Shown one piece after another: positions 9,592 through 17,250 of a stretch of DNA of 44,076 nucleotides. The stretch is from Candidatus Woesearchaeota archaeon (GTDB lineage Archaea > Nanobdellota > Nanobdellia > Pacearchaeales > GW2011-AR1): contig CAYHOV010000002.1 of NCBI GenBank assembly GCA_964358615.1, positions 1 to 44,076 on the forward strand, written 5' to 3'. The notes beneath the pieces were generated by a model. The model was not told the origin of the DNA and did no database searches. It saw nothing but the letters and a program-made list of their open reading frames with translations. The position numbers were made by a program, and so were the translations under genes. Numbering within the stretch: position 1 is the stretch's first letter; each line of letters begins with the position of its first letter.

Positions 9592-9858
9592 ATGTATAAT
9601 CCAGAGATAAAACCATCATGTCAGGAAACCATTGAGAAATTATGTAAAAAGAATCCGGTTTTAAAAGAGGCTTTAGAAAAAAAGATGAGCGAGATTACTG
9701 AAAACCCGCAACATTACAAACCATTAAAATATGATTTCGCAGGAGAGCGTCGTGTCCATATAATGAAAAGTTTTGTATTAAAATTTGAGATCAACGAAGT
9801 CTCAAAAACAGTAACATTTATTTTCTTCGGGCATCACGACGAAGCTTATAGAAGATAA
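9592..9858 (+). CDS. RelE/YoeB-like toxin
   Basis: 88 aa. The pattern ..KPLKYDFAGERRVHIMKSFVLKFEINEVSKTVTFIFFGHHDEAY is typical of RelE-family mRNA interferases. Confidence 0.7.
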   Translation: MYNPEIKPSCQETIEKLCKKNPVLKEALEKKMSEITENPQHYKPLKYDFAGERRVHIMKSFVLKFEINEVSKTVTFIFFGHHDEAYRR

Positions 9859-9895
9859 ATCTATTTTTAGCATAAATCATCTAAATTTTAGACAG

Positions 9896-10150
9896 TCATA
9901 TTTCCCACTCGCCTTTTTCTTTTACCTTTTCAAGCACACTCTTAATATCCTCTTTTTTTAATGTCTTTCTTCCGTGCACAACCATCTCTTCCTTGAATGC
10001 AGGCAATAGATTAAGAACACTTTTACCAATATATTCTTCTAAAAATAAGATCGCTTCAGGATTTACTCTACCAATCCCATTTCTTTTCATTTCTGAAATA
10101 AGATTAATTCTTTTAATTAATGCATTATCCTTTTTATTGATTTTTACCAT
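9896..10150 (-). CDS. Histone-fold DNA-binding protein (archaeal histone-like)
   Basis: GRVNPEAILFLEEYIGKSVLNLLPAFKEEMVVHGRKTLKKEDIKSVLEK parallels the archaeal histone helix2-loop-helix3 region, including the HxGRKT(I/L)KxEDI motif. Confidence 0.6.
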   Translation of the reverse strand: MVKINKKDNALIKRINLISEMKRNGIGRVNPEAILFLEEYIGKSVLNLLPAFKEEMVVHGRKTLKKEDIKSVLEKVKEKGEWEI

Positions 10151-10156
10151 TTTTAT

Positions 10157-10687
10157 CTAATGTATTAAAACATAGAATTTTTTGAATTTTACTTTAGAGT
10201 TGATAAAAAATTGGCTAAAAATATGCTCTTGATCAATAGGGATAGTAAAAACTTGGTTAGCCAACCACTCACCAGAGTTCCCTTCAACAATTCCTTTTTC
10301 CTTTCCCTTTCCTCGGAGATTATTGACTACTTTCACTTTTGATGAGGCATCCAACGATGTTAATTCATATTTAAATAAAACTCGGCTGTTAAATCCATGC
10401 AATTCACAAAAATATTTATTATGCCTCAAGCTGTATCCTTCTCTCATTAAAGTATTGATTATCGAAATCGGTTTAAAAAAATCGCTAGACTTGACAATGC
10501 TTACATGAAAACCATCAATATCTGGAAGAATTTCCTTATCCGTTATAAACGCAATATCTATATCCCGGGGCATGGCTTTTCCTTTCATGACAGAACCAAA
10601 TACAATTAAATCTAAAATTTCTTTATCCTTTAGATAATTTGAAAGTTTATTTTTTATTATTGATATGGTCTTTGAGTCCATTTGCAT
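10157..10687 (-). CDS. Minimal nucleotidyltransferase (MNT-type) with a ~90-aa C-terminal extension
   Basis: Pol-beta NTase motif LIVFGSVMKGKAMPRDIDIAF. Overlaps the upstream HEPN gene by 41 nt. Confidence 0.75.
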   Translation of the reverse strand: MQMDSKTISIIKNKLSNYLKDKEILDLIVFGSVMKGKAMPRDIDIAFITDKEILPDIDGFHVSIVKSSDFFKPISIINTLMREGYSLRHNKYFCELHGFNSRVLFKYELTSLDASSKVKVVNNLRGKGKEKGIVEGNSGEWLANQVFTIPIDQEHIFSQFFINSKVKFKKFYVLIH

Positions 10688-10979
10688 ATTTCCTTAGTTT
10701 AATTGCATCAGCCTCGGAAAGCCGAAGATTATAAGATTTAGTATATGTCTTAAATAACAAAGAAACCTCGCCATAAATCTCCTTAAAATGTGTCTCTAAA
10801 ATACTGAATCTTTCAGCATGATTTTTTGGGACTGCCTTTATCTCTCTGTAGATAAGATAATCACATAAGATAACTATTGCCTTGAAAAAATCAGAAACCG
10901 CAGCATTGAATCTCTTTTTCTTTAGATTATCCTCTCCCGATTCTAAGAATTCATCAACATTTTTTAAAAGTTCTTCCAT
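10647..10979 (-). CDS. HEPN-domain protein, partner of the NTase
   Basis: Helical 110-aa protein with the PKNHAERF motif. Paralogous to the 35588..35947 ORF (SSHNDRF) and paired with an NTase. Confidence 0.65.
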   Translation of the reverse strand: MEELLKNVDEFLESGEDNLKKKRFNAAVSDFFKAIVILCDYLIYREIKAVPKNHAERFSILETHFKEIYGEVSLLFKTYTKSYNLRLSEADAIKLRKYANGLKDHINNKK

Positions 10980-11064
10980 TAATGCATTAGTAAAAAAGCA
11001 TATTTTTAAGGTTTTCGGTTAATAGATTAAAAGAATTATTTAAATTTTTCCGATCCTAGAAAGA

Positions 11065-11592
11065 TTACTCAGTAATTTTCTCTGCATCATAAATCAAAAT
11101 TTCCACTCCGCGCTTCCACTCATCTGCAGAAAGTCCTGCCTTTTCACACAGACTGGATAAAAAATTCTCTGCATCTGGAAGTTGTTCCCAGACCTGCGGC
11201 AGATATGTCGCAGAATGATATCCTTTTTTCAACACAACTCCCCGATTCTTGATTTTATTTTTCAGATCCTCTGAATTTTTATAATCTAATTTTTTGGGTT
11301 CAGTCAGAACAGAAATCTCAATTTTTATTTTTCCCAGCTCATTTTCTTCTAATGGAGGAAATCTAGGGTCATCAAATGCCGCATTCTTAGCATTTTCTAC
11401 AACATCTTTCCAAAGTTCCTGTCGAGCACTTAAGCTTCCAATACACCCTCGCAAATCGCCATTTTCAGTCAATGTAATAAAACACGCTCTTTTATCAGAA
11501 TATTTTTTCTTGAACGCCTCGTTAATGTGCAATTTCTTGCCAGTAAAATGTGTTTCCAGAGTCTGCCTTGCAAGTCTCAATAATTCTTTCAT
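11065..11592 (-). CDS. amrA: AMMECR1-domain protein (AmmeMemoRadiSam system protein A)
   Basis: Hallmark RACFITLTENGDLRGCIGS motif. The start is moved to the internal ATG (MKELLRLA) 1 nt after the amrS stop. Confidence 0.85.
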   Translation of the reverse strand: MKELLRLARQTLETHFTGKKLHINEAFKKKYSDKRACFITLTENGDLRGCIGSLSARQELWKDVVENAKNAAFDDPRFPPLEENELGKIKIEISVLTEPKKLDYKNSEDLKNKIKNRGVVLKKGYHSATYLPQVWEQLPDAENFLSSLCEKAGLSADEWKRGVEILIYDAEKITE

Positions 11593-11593
11593 A

Positions 11594-13813
11594 TTATATA
11601 TTCCCCAGATATACAAAATTTAAATATTTCTTCCCAATTTTATAAGCCCGTTCCAAAGTTTCCTTGGGAGTTATCTCTTTATCAGTCATCTTGTACATCG
11701 GAAAAAGTCTTGAGATATGCCATGGAATATTTTTGTCAACAGATGCGATAAATTTCGCGATCTTCTCAATTTCTTCCGAGCTGTCGTTAATTCCAGGCAC
11801 AATCAGCGTCGTCAATTCAATATGGATTCCTTTTTCATGGGCTCTTTTTATTGTTTCTAAAACCGGTTTAAGTTTCGCGCCGCAATATTTCTGGTGCACT
11901 CGCTCATCAAATCCTTTCAGATCAATATTCATAGCGTCGATAAAAGGTGCAATATAATCAAAACTTTCCTTTGTAAAATATCCATTTGTCACAAGTATGT
12001 TCTTCAATCCTTTTTTCTTCGCAATGACTGCTACATCTTTCACAAACTCGACAAAGATAGCAGGCTCATTGTAAGTATAGGAGATACTTTTACATCCCGT
12101 AGCCATAGCTTTTTCCACAATCTCTGGAGGTAATAATTTCTGTCCAAACACCACTCCTCGCTTCGAGGCCTGTGAGATATCAAAATTTTGGCAGTTTCCG
12201 ACACAAGCAAAATTTGCAAGATAGGAATGATCTTCTTCGACTTCCAGATTATAAACAGAGCCAGAGTACTTCCCGTTTTCTATTTTTCTAACAGGGATAT
12301 AAAAATATTTTTCATCCTCTAGAAATCGAGTATTTTCTCTGTTTTTTTTACTTATTTTTCCTTGTCCATTATAAAATTTATTTCTAAATTGTTCAGCATA
12401 TAATTTTACATAATATAAAGTTGATTGATTTACGATTCTTCCCTCAATTTCTTTTTTAGCAGGAGGATTCCAAACATAATAACAAGGTAAAAAATTAAGT
12501 TTTATCAGCAATGCAAAAAGTCCCAATGCTAAATCTTTTGAGATAGTATTCATACTGATAGGATGATTACTGCCCCTATTCCAACCATCTCCCAGATAAT
12601 AAGATCTCAAAAATTCATTTACAATTTTATTAGAGCAATTAAATAAAAAATAAGGAACTTTTTTATTTTTAGCCCCTGATCCGCAAAGTTTCTCAAAAAG
12701 TAAACCAATAGAAGTGTCTGTTATTCCGATAGAAGTAGAAGTTCTCCTATAAGTTTTATTAAGTTTCAATCCAAAAACATTATAAAACCGTCTAGAAACT
12801 TCTGCCATCATATTTCCTTCGTGTCTTCCAAAAGAAAATTCGATATGATAAGAATTTGGCCTATTCTTCAATTTACTGACGTGCCCTTCAGCACAATAAA
12901 ACCCCAGAAGTGCTGCTAAATCTTTATTTATGTTTAATCTTCTTTTAATTCCTAAATTTTTCTCTCCAACAAATCTAACATACTTTTCCCCTCTAAGTAA
13001 ATGTATTTTTCGATGGAAAAGAGAATCAGGATTCTTCTTTAATTTTGAGAAGAAATTTCTTACATAATTAGGATGCAAATCAAATCGCTTTCCGATTTCC
13101 TTAGAACTGGAACCATTAGCTTTCATCTTGATTAATTTATCAAAGACTAACGAAGTTTTCCTTACAGGAGAACCAACCTCAATACTATGATTTTTTAATA
13201 ATTTTTCAATATCAATATATTTTAATGGATTTTTAACCTCATGAATTTTTGGTACAAGAAGTAAATCGCCTTTTTTTAATTTATCCGCTCTTATTTTTTC
13301 AGTATTATTATTTCTCTTAATAAAAAATTCATGATAGGGAGTACAGATGATCTCCGGTAGATAGTTGGGCTTTATTTTTATAATCGGCCCGCGAGATTTA
13401 TGTTCAAATACATTCTTTATTTTTTTTAGTTCTCCAGTATGTGTTACAACTAAAGGCAAATGTTCTCCTTTTTGAGATATTTCAAACAAATCTTTTATAT
13501 TTATTGTTCCATTATTAGTGAATATACTCGTACTTGGATGAAAACACCAGTCGCACTTGAAATTACATCCCACTGTTCCGAAAGAAAAAGTTTTGCTTCC
13601 AGGCAAAAAATGAAAAAGTGGTTTTTTCTCAATAGGATCGGCGTGCATTCCAGTCACTTGGCCATACACTAGCAAAAAAAGTTCTCCTCCTATATTTTTT
13701 CTGACTCCACAGATTCCAGTTTTTCCCTCGGCAATCAAGCATTTATGACTGCAAGCCAAGCATCTAACCTTACCTTTCTCTTTTTTGAACAATTCACATT
13801 TTTTAATGGCCAT
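11594..13813 (-). CDS. amrS: AmmeMemoRadiSam-system radical SAM enzyme, interrupted by a 451-aa intein
   Basis: N-extein ends ..GTVGCNFKCDW and C-extein starts CQNFDISQ.., so the joined sequence GCNFKCDWCQNFDIS gives the canonical CX3CX2C-QN motif. N-terminal Cys cluster CLACSHKC..GICG. Flanked by AMMECR1 and MEMO genes. Confidence 0.85.
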   Translation of the reverse strand: MAIKKCELFKKEKGKVRCLACSHKCLIAEGKTGICGVRKNIGGELFLLVYGQVTGMHADPIEKKPLFHFLPGSKTFSFGTVGCNFKCDWCFHPSTSIFTNNGTINIKDLFEISQKGEHLPLVVTHTGELKKIKNVFEHKSRGPIIKIKPNYLPEIICTPYHEFFIKRNNNTEKIRADKLKKGDLLLVPKIHEVKNPLKYIDIEKLLKNHSIEVGSPVRKTSLVFDKLIKMKANGSSSKEIGKRFDLHPNYVRNFFSKLKKNPDSLFHRKIHLLRGEKYVRFVGEKNLGIKRRLNINKDLAALLGFYCAEGHVSKLKNRPNSYHIEFSFGRHEGNMMAEVSRRFYNVFGLKLNKTYRRTSTSIGITDTSIGLLFEKLCGSGAKNKKVPYFLFNCSNKIVNEFLRSYYLGDGWNRGSNHPISMNTISKDLALGLFALLIKLNFLPCYYVWNPPAKKEIEGRIVNQSTLYYVKLYAEQFRNKFYNGQGKISKKNRENTRFLEDEKYFYIPVRKIENGKYSGSVYNLEVEEDHSYLANFACVGNCQNFDISQASKRGVVFGQKLLPPEIVEKAMATGCKSISYTYNEPAIFVEFVKDVAVIAKKKGLKNILVTNGYFTKESFDYIAPFIDAMNIDLKGFDERVHQKYCGAKLKPVLETIKRAHEKGIHIELTTLIVPGINDSSEEIEKIAKFIASVDKNIPWHISRLFPMYKMTDKEITPKETLERAYKIGKKYLNFVYLGNI
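12194..13546 (-). mobile_element. Intein (aa 90-540 of amrS) carrying a LAGLIDADG homing-endonuclease domain
   Basis: Block A is CFHPSTSIFTNNG (Cys1) and block B is ICTPYHEF. LAGLIDADG motifs are LAALLGFYCAEGHV and EFLRSYYLGDGW. Blocks F/G are VYNLEVEEDHSYLANFACVGN, followed by Cys+1. I verified the coordinates codon by codon. Confidence 0.85.
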
Positions 13814-14523
13814 CAGAACCTTATCGAAGCATAGCCGACGACACTTTCCCTCTCGCCAGTTATATCTCCTGAATTTTTATACTCAATAAGTTTTGGTCTC
13901 CATTTCTTTATCTTACAGAGTTCCATCAATACCATCAAAGGAAATTGGCCACATGCATCCATTTTTTCAAGTTTAGAAAAATCCAGATCCTCTAAAATTT
14001 TTATCGTCTCCTTATCTTTTTTAACTGCTTTTTCATAGGACAAAAAATGACTCAGATCACTAGATACAATAAAAACTCCCTTGAAATCTTTTATCTTCTC
14101 TGCGATTTCTCTTGCTCCATTCAGATCAATTTGCCCGATCATCAACGGCAAAATTTCTCCAAATCCAAGTCTCTGTAAAAATGGGATTTGATTGTCTATA
14201 GCATGCTCACCAGAAATATCAATTCTCTTGAAACTACTCTCAATAATTTTTATCTTTCCAAAGACTGTTGCCCGCCATCTTTTATCATGAGTTACAGCTC
14301 CTTGAAGAGGAATATAATGCGACGGTGCAAGAATAATCGCTTTCTTTGCTTTCAAATTTTTTAGAAGTAAAAACGCATTTCCAGCAATTTCTCCAGAATA
14401 ATCATAGCCAGCATGAGGTACAACAATTCCGTGTACATCTTCCCGAATATCCAATTTTGCAGAAAAATATTTATCAATAATATTTCCAAGTTCAACCCTA
14501 TCAGAAGTATACCATTGGCCCAT
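13813..14523 (-). CDS. amrB: MEMO1-family protein (AmmeMemoRadiSam system protein B)
   Basis: HGIVVPHAGYDYSGEIAG and SSDLSHF motifs. Its stop overlaps the amrS start by 1 nt. Confidence 0.85.
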   Translation of the reverse strand: MGQWYTSDRVELGNIIDKYFSAKLDIREDVHGIVVPHAGYDYSGEIAGNAFLLLKNLKAKKAIILAPSHYIPLQGAVTHDKRWRATVFGKIKIIESSFKRIDISGEHAIDNQIPFLQRLGFGEILPLMIGQIDLNGAREIAEKIKDFKGVFIVSSDLSHFLSYEKAVKKDKETIKILEDLDFSKLEKMDACGQFPLMVLMELCKIKKWRPKLIEYKNSGDITGERESVVGYASIRF

Positions 14524-14581
14524 CCTATTAATAACAAATTCAACTTTTTATTCTTTATGATGTATCCTAAAAATAGATCTA

Positions 14582-14653
14582 AGCAACGGGCAGGAATTGC
14601 ACCTGCGCATGAGAGGGTTGCAGCCTCTTGCCTTACTGCTTGGCTACCGTTGC
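14582..14653 (-). tRNA. tRNA-Cys (GCA)
   Basis: Hand-folded cloverleaf: acceptor GCAACGG/CCGTTGC, discriminator U, anticodon arm AGAGG-CUGCAAC-CCUCU, T arm GCAGG-UGCAAUU-CCUGC (72 nt). The T-loop has G where U55 is normally found. Confidence 0.75.
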
Positions 14654-14794
14654 ATTTCTCTACAAAGTTTGGTGCATTTATAAAAATTGTTATTGGAATT
14701 TTTGGGTTAAAATTTCCGTCAAAAATTTCAATTAGAAATTGTCAATTTTAGGCAATTTCTTTATGCTCTCTCAAAAGAAAGTTTTCAGAGGATT

Positions 14795-15091
14795 CTAACC
14801 ATCGATTCTCTTCAACCAAAGAACTGCATACTTGCCGTCGCTATACTTTTTTCCTTTCTTTATGCTCTTCCTCATCTGTTCTGTCAAAATTTTATAGAAA
14901 GGATGGTCAGTCAGATTCTCAAAAACTTTTCTTTTAACAATTTTAACAGCCATATTTCTAAACAGATATTTATGATTTAATTTTAATCTAAAGAAATCCT
15001 TTGCACTTCTCGTCGTAGTAATCAAGCCCTCTTTTGTCAATATGCCTAAAACTTTTTTCTCCTCGATTTTAGGAAAAGATATTTTTTCCAT
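14795..15091 (-). CDS. Hypothetical protein (98 aa), possibly a small ASCH/PUA-like fold
   Basis: ORF with typical composition, 7 nt upstream of the phosphatase gene. Only weak motif resemblance (VLGILTKEGLITTTR). Confidence 0.4.
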   Translation of the reverse strand: MEKISFPKIEEKKVLGILTKEGLITTTRSAKDFFRLKLNHKYLFRNMAVKIVKRKVFENLTDHPFYKILTEQMRKSIKKGKKYSDGKYAVLWLKRIDG

Positions 15092-15098
15092 TTTTCTA

Positions 15099-15491
15099 TT
15101 ATTTTCCTAATTCTTTAACATTTTTTTCAATATCCAGAATAATTTTTTTTATACAAATAATATCGGAAGCATCACAATCCTCGATTTTCCAATGAATAAT
15201 CTCACCCTTAAAATCATGAAAAAAGTCAGGAGAAACATTATCCGCGACAATAACAATTTTGTCAAATTTTTTAACAAGTTCTCGCGTTAATTGTAGCGGT
15301 GTTCCAGTAATATCATACGCCATCTGTTTCATTATTCCAATAACATTCCCTTCGATAAAAGGCCTCGCATCATCCATGATCAGCCCAGCCGACTCTGCTG
15401 CAATATTTTTATTCTTATTCAGTTTATTAAAAATCGTTTCAGCTACCTTGCTTCTGAATCTGTTATGTTTGCATATAAATAAGATTTTCAT
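15099..15491 (-). CDS. Low-molecular-weight protein tyrosine phosphatase / ArsC-like
   Basis: MKILFICKHNRFRSKVAE contains the C-X5-R-S P-loop. The start is set to the ATG at 15491 because the ORF track begins at an upstream TTG. Confidence 0.75.
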   Translation of the reverse strand: MKILFICKHNRFRSKVAETIFNKLNKNKNIAAESAGLIMDDARPFIEGNVIGIMKQMAYDITGTPLQLTRELVKKFDKIVIVADNVSPDFFHDFKGEIIHWKIEDCDASDIICIKKIILDIEKNVKELGK

Positions 15492-15500
15492 TTTTAACAA

Positions 15501-15619
15501 TCTCCCGACAGCTCAGAAATTCTATCAAATTTCTGGGACATTCAAAACTTACGTTTTGAAGTGATTTGAACTGCAACACTGGATTGAAATCCAGTGCATG
15601 CAATCTTCGATTGCATATA
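15501..15619 (-). other. tRNA-Arg trailer: degenerate collinear copy of the tRNA 3' two-thirds, interleaved with four 7-8-bp hairpins
   Basis: Hairpins at 15514-15535, 15541-15560, 15577-15596 and 15598-15616. Blocks shared with tRNA-Arg, in the same order: ctcccgacag (15502-11 vs 15622-31), gatttgaac(c)tgc (15563-74 vs 15632-44), ccagtgc (15591-97 vs 15663-69). Confidence 0.6.
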
Positions 15620-15694
15620 CGCTCCCGACAGGATTTGAACCTGCGACCCCTGACTTAGAAGGCCAGTGCTCTATCCAGGCTGAGCTACGGGAGC
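15620..15694 (-). tRNA. tRNA-Arg (UCU)
   Basis: Acceptor GCUCCCG/CGGGAGC, D arm GCUC-AGCCUGGAUA-GAGC, anticodon arm CUGGC-CUUCUAA-GUCAG, T arm GCAGG-UUCAAAU-CCUGU. Confidence 0.9.
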
Positions 15695-15819
15695 CTATCC
15701 CTCAATCGCATTGTATTTATGGGGCAATCTCATGGGGCATTCTTACCTATACACTGAAAAGATGATATTAAAATCTTGCTGTTTAGAAAAAATTAAAAAG
15801 TAACAGATCTTAAAAAAAT

Positions 15820-16308
15820 ATGGCTCAATTAAGATTGCTGTTGATAAAATATTTCAATTCAGATAAAGAGATTTTGAAGATTGTGAATGAGACGATTAAG
15901 AAAATTAAACCAAAAATTATGACAATCTCCGACGCGCTTTTAGCTAACGAACTCTCAAAAATATCCAATTGGAGGACTGATTCTGGGAATATAATTTATC
16001 TCGCAAAGAAATATGATATAAAAAAGAAAAAATTATCCGAGGCCATTAAAGAATACTGGAAAATAGAAGATCTATTAAAAAAAGAATTTGGAAAACTAAA
16101 ATTTAGATATATAGATTACCAGCAAAACAAATTTATTATGGAAGGAGAAAAAGCAGTATTGAAGATTCATAAAAATAAGGATGATAATTTATCTATTAAT
16201 ATTTATAATTTTGAAAATCCTGAAAGATCAAAACACTCGGCAGAATTTAAGAAATATGCACGAGAAACAAGAAAAAAGATAGCAAAATTGCTAGATACTC
16301 CAGTTTAA
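15820..16308 (+). CDS. Hypothetical protein (162 aa)
   Basis: An ORF of reasonable length in an otherwise unoccupied region. No recognisable motif. Confidence 0.45.
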   Translation: MAQLRLLLIKYFNSDKEILKIVNETIKKIKPKIMTISDALLANELSKISNWRTDSGNIIYLAKKYDIKKKKLSEAIKEYWKIEDLLKKEFGKLKFRYIDYQQNKFIMEGEKAVLKIHKNKDDNLSINIYNFENPERSKHSAEFKKYARETRKKIAKLLDTPV

Positions 16309-16315
16309 GCAATAA

Positions 16316-16323
16316 TTTAAATA
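16316..16323 (+). promoter_or_regulatory. TATA box TTTAAATA, 29 nt upstream of the rnz ATG
   Basis: Consensus box and spacing. Confidence 0.5.
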
Positions 16324-16344
16324 TCTCCTCAAACATATACATTC

Positions 16345-17250
16345 ATGCCAGAAAAAATTAATCTAACATTTCTCGGAACAGGTTCTGCAATACCTACTGC
16401 TAGACGCAACCATCCATCAATACTTCTTTCCTATAAAGACGAGAACATTCTCGTCGATTGCGGCGAAGGCACTCAACGACAATTTCGCATCGCTCATCTA
16501 AACCCGTGTAAGATTACTCGAATTTTAATAACTCACTGGCACGGCGACCATGTTCTAGGATTACCCGGTCTATTCCAGACTCTCATGCTCAATGGATATA
16601 CAAAAACATTGCAGATCTATGGCCCACGAGGAACAGCGAGGATGATCCAAGTCTATCAGACTTTTTTCACGCATAAAGATAAATTATCTATTCAAGTCCA
16701 TGAGATAGAATCCGAAATTGTTTTTGAAAATTCAGAGTTCATAATAAATGCACAGCCGATGAACCACGAAACTCCCACACTGTCCTATTCATTTACAATA
16801 AAAGAAAAAAACAGGATAAATAAAGAAAAATTAGAAAAACTGAAAATCCCTTCAGGCCCGATGATAGCAGAATTAGCAAAAGGAAAGACAATTGAAGTCG
16901 ACGGCAAAAAAATATACGGCAAAAAATTGATTTTCACCGAGCCTCAAAGAAAAATATCTTTTATAGCAGACACGCTATACAACACGAACTGCATAAAACT
17001 TGCTCAAAATTCAGATATAGTTATATCCGAATCAACCTATGTCGACGAAGAATTAGACTTGGCCAAAGAACATCTTCACCTGACCTCAAGCCAAGCAGCA
17101 GAGATCGCAAAAAAATCAAAATCAAAACAGCTTATATTGACTCATTTATCCCAACGCTATGATTCAGATAATACTCAAGTTCTAAAACAAGCAAAAAAAG
17201 TTTTCAAGAATACTACCATCGCAAAAGACTTTGATACAGTAGAACTATGA
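16345..17250 (+). CDS. rnz: Ribonuclease Z (tRNA 3' endonuclease, metallo-beta-lactamase fold)
   Basis: LTFLGTGSAIPT..., the ILITHWHGDHVLGLPGL histidine motif, C-terminal LILTHLSQRY, length 301 aa. Confidence 0.85.
   Translation: MPEKINLTFLGTGSAIPTARRNHPSILLSYKDENILVDCGEGTQRQFRIAHLNPCKITRILITHWHGDHVLGLPGLFQTLMLNGYTKTLQIYGPRGTARMIQVYQTFFTHKDKLSIQVHEIESEIVFENSEFIINAQPMNHETPTLSYSFTIKEKNRINKEKLEKLKIPSGPMIAELAKGKTIEVDGKKIYGKKLIFTEPQRKISFIADTLYNTNCIKLAQNSDIVISESTYVDEELDLAKEHLHLTSSQAAEIAKKSKSKQLILTHLSQRYDSDNTQVLKQAKKVFKNTTIAKDFDTVEL

Noticed and set aside
11593-11616. N-terminal extensions proposed by the ORF track (MYIWGIYN- on amrA; MCLTQTKLKQSKMKENTSGGR- on the 429-aa gene at 21254..21316; MKLFLFLFSN..- at 42959..43033; TTG starts at 15500 and 44008)
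   Set aside because: The extensions overlap upstream genes or tRNAs, lack signal logic, or use TTG when an ATG with proper context (adjacent stop, GGAGG or TATA spacing) lies just downstream. At 44008 the frame is in fact open to the window edge.
14413-14751. 112-aa plus-strand ORF spanning the amrB start and the tRNA-Cys region
   Set aside because: It overlaps the well-supported MEMO gene in antisense and runs across tRNA-Cys. No motif is present.
15501-15619. A second complete (split or multi-intron) tRNA gene downstream of tRNA-Arg, or a C/D-box sRNA
   Set aside because: No 5' acceptor strand complementary to CGGGAGA is present, the T stem would be defective, and no RUGAUGA C box was found. 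It is kept as an unexplained structured trailer instead.
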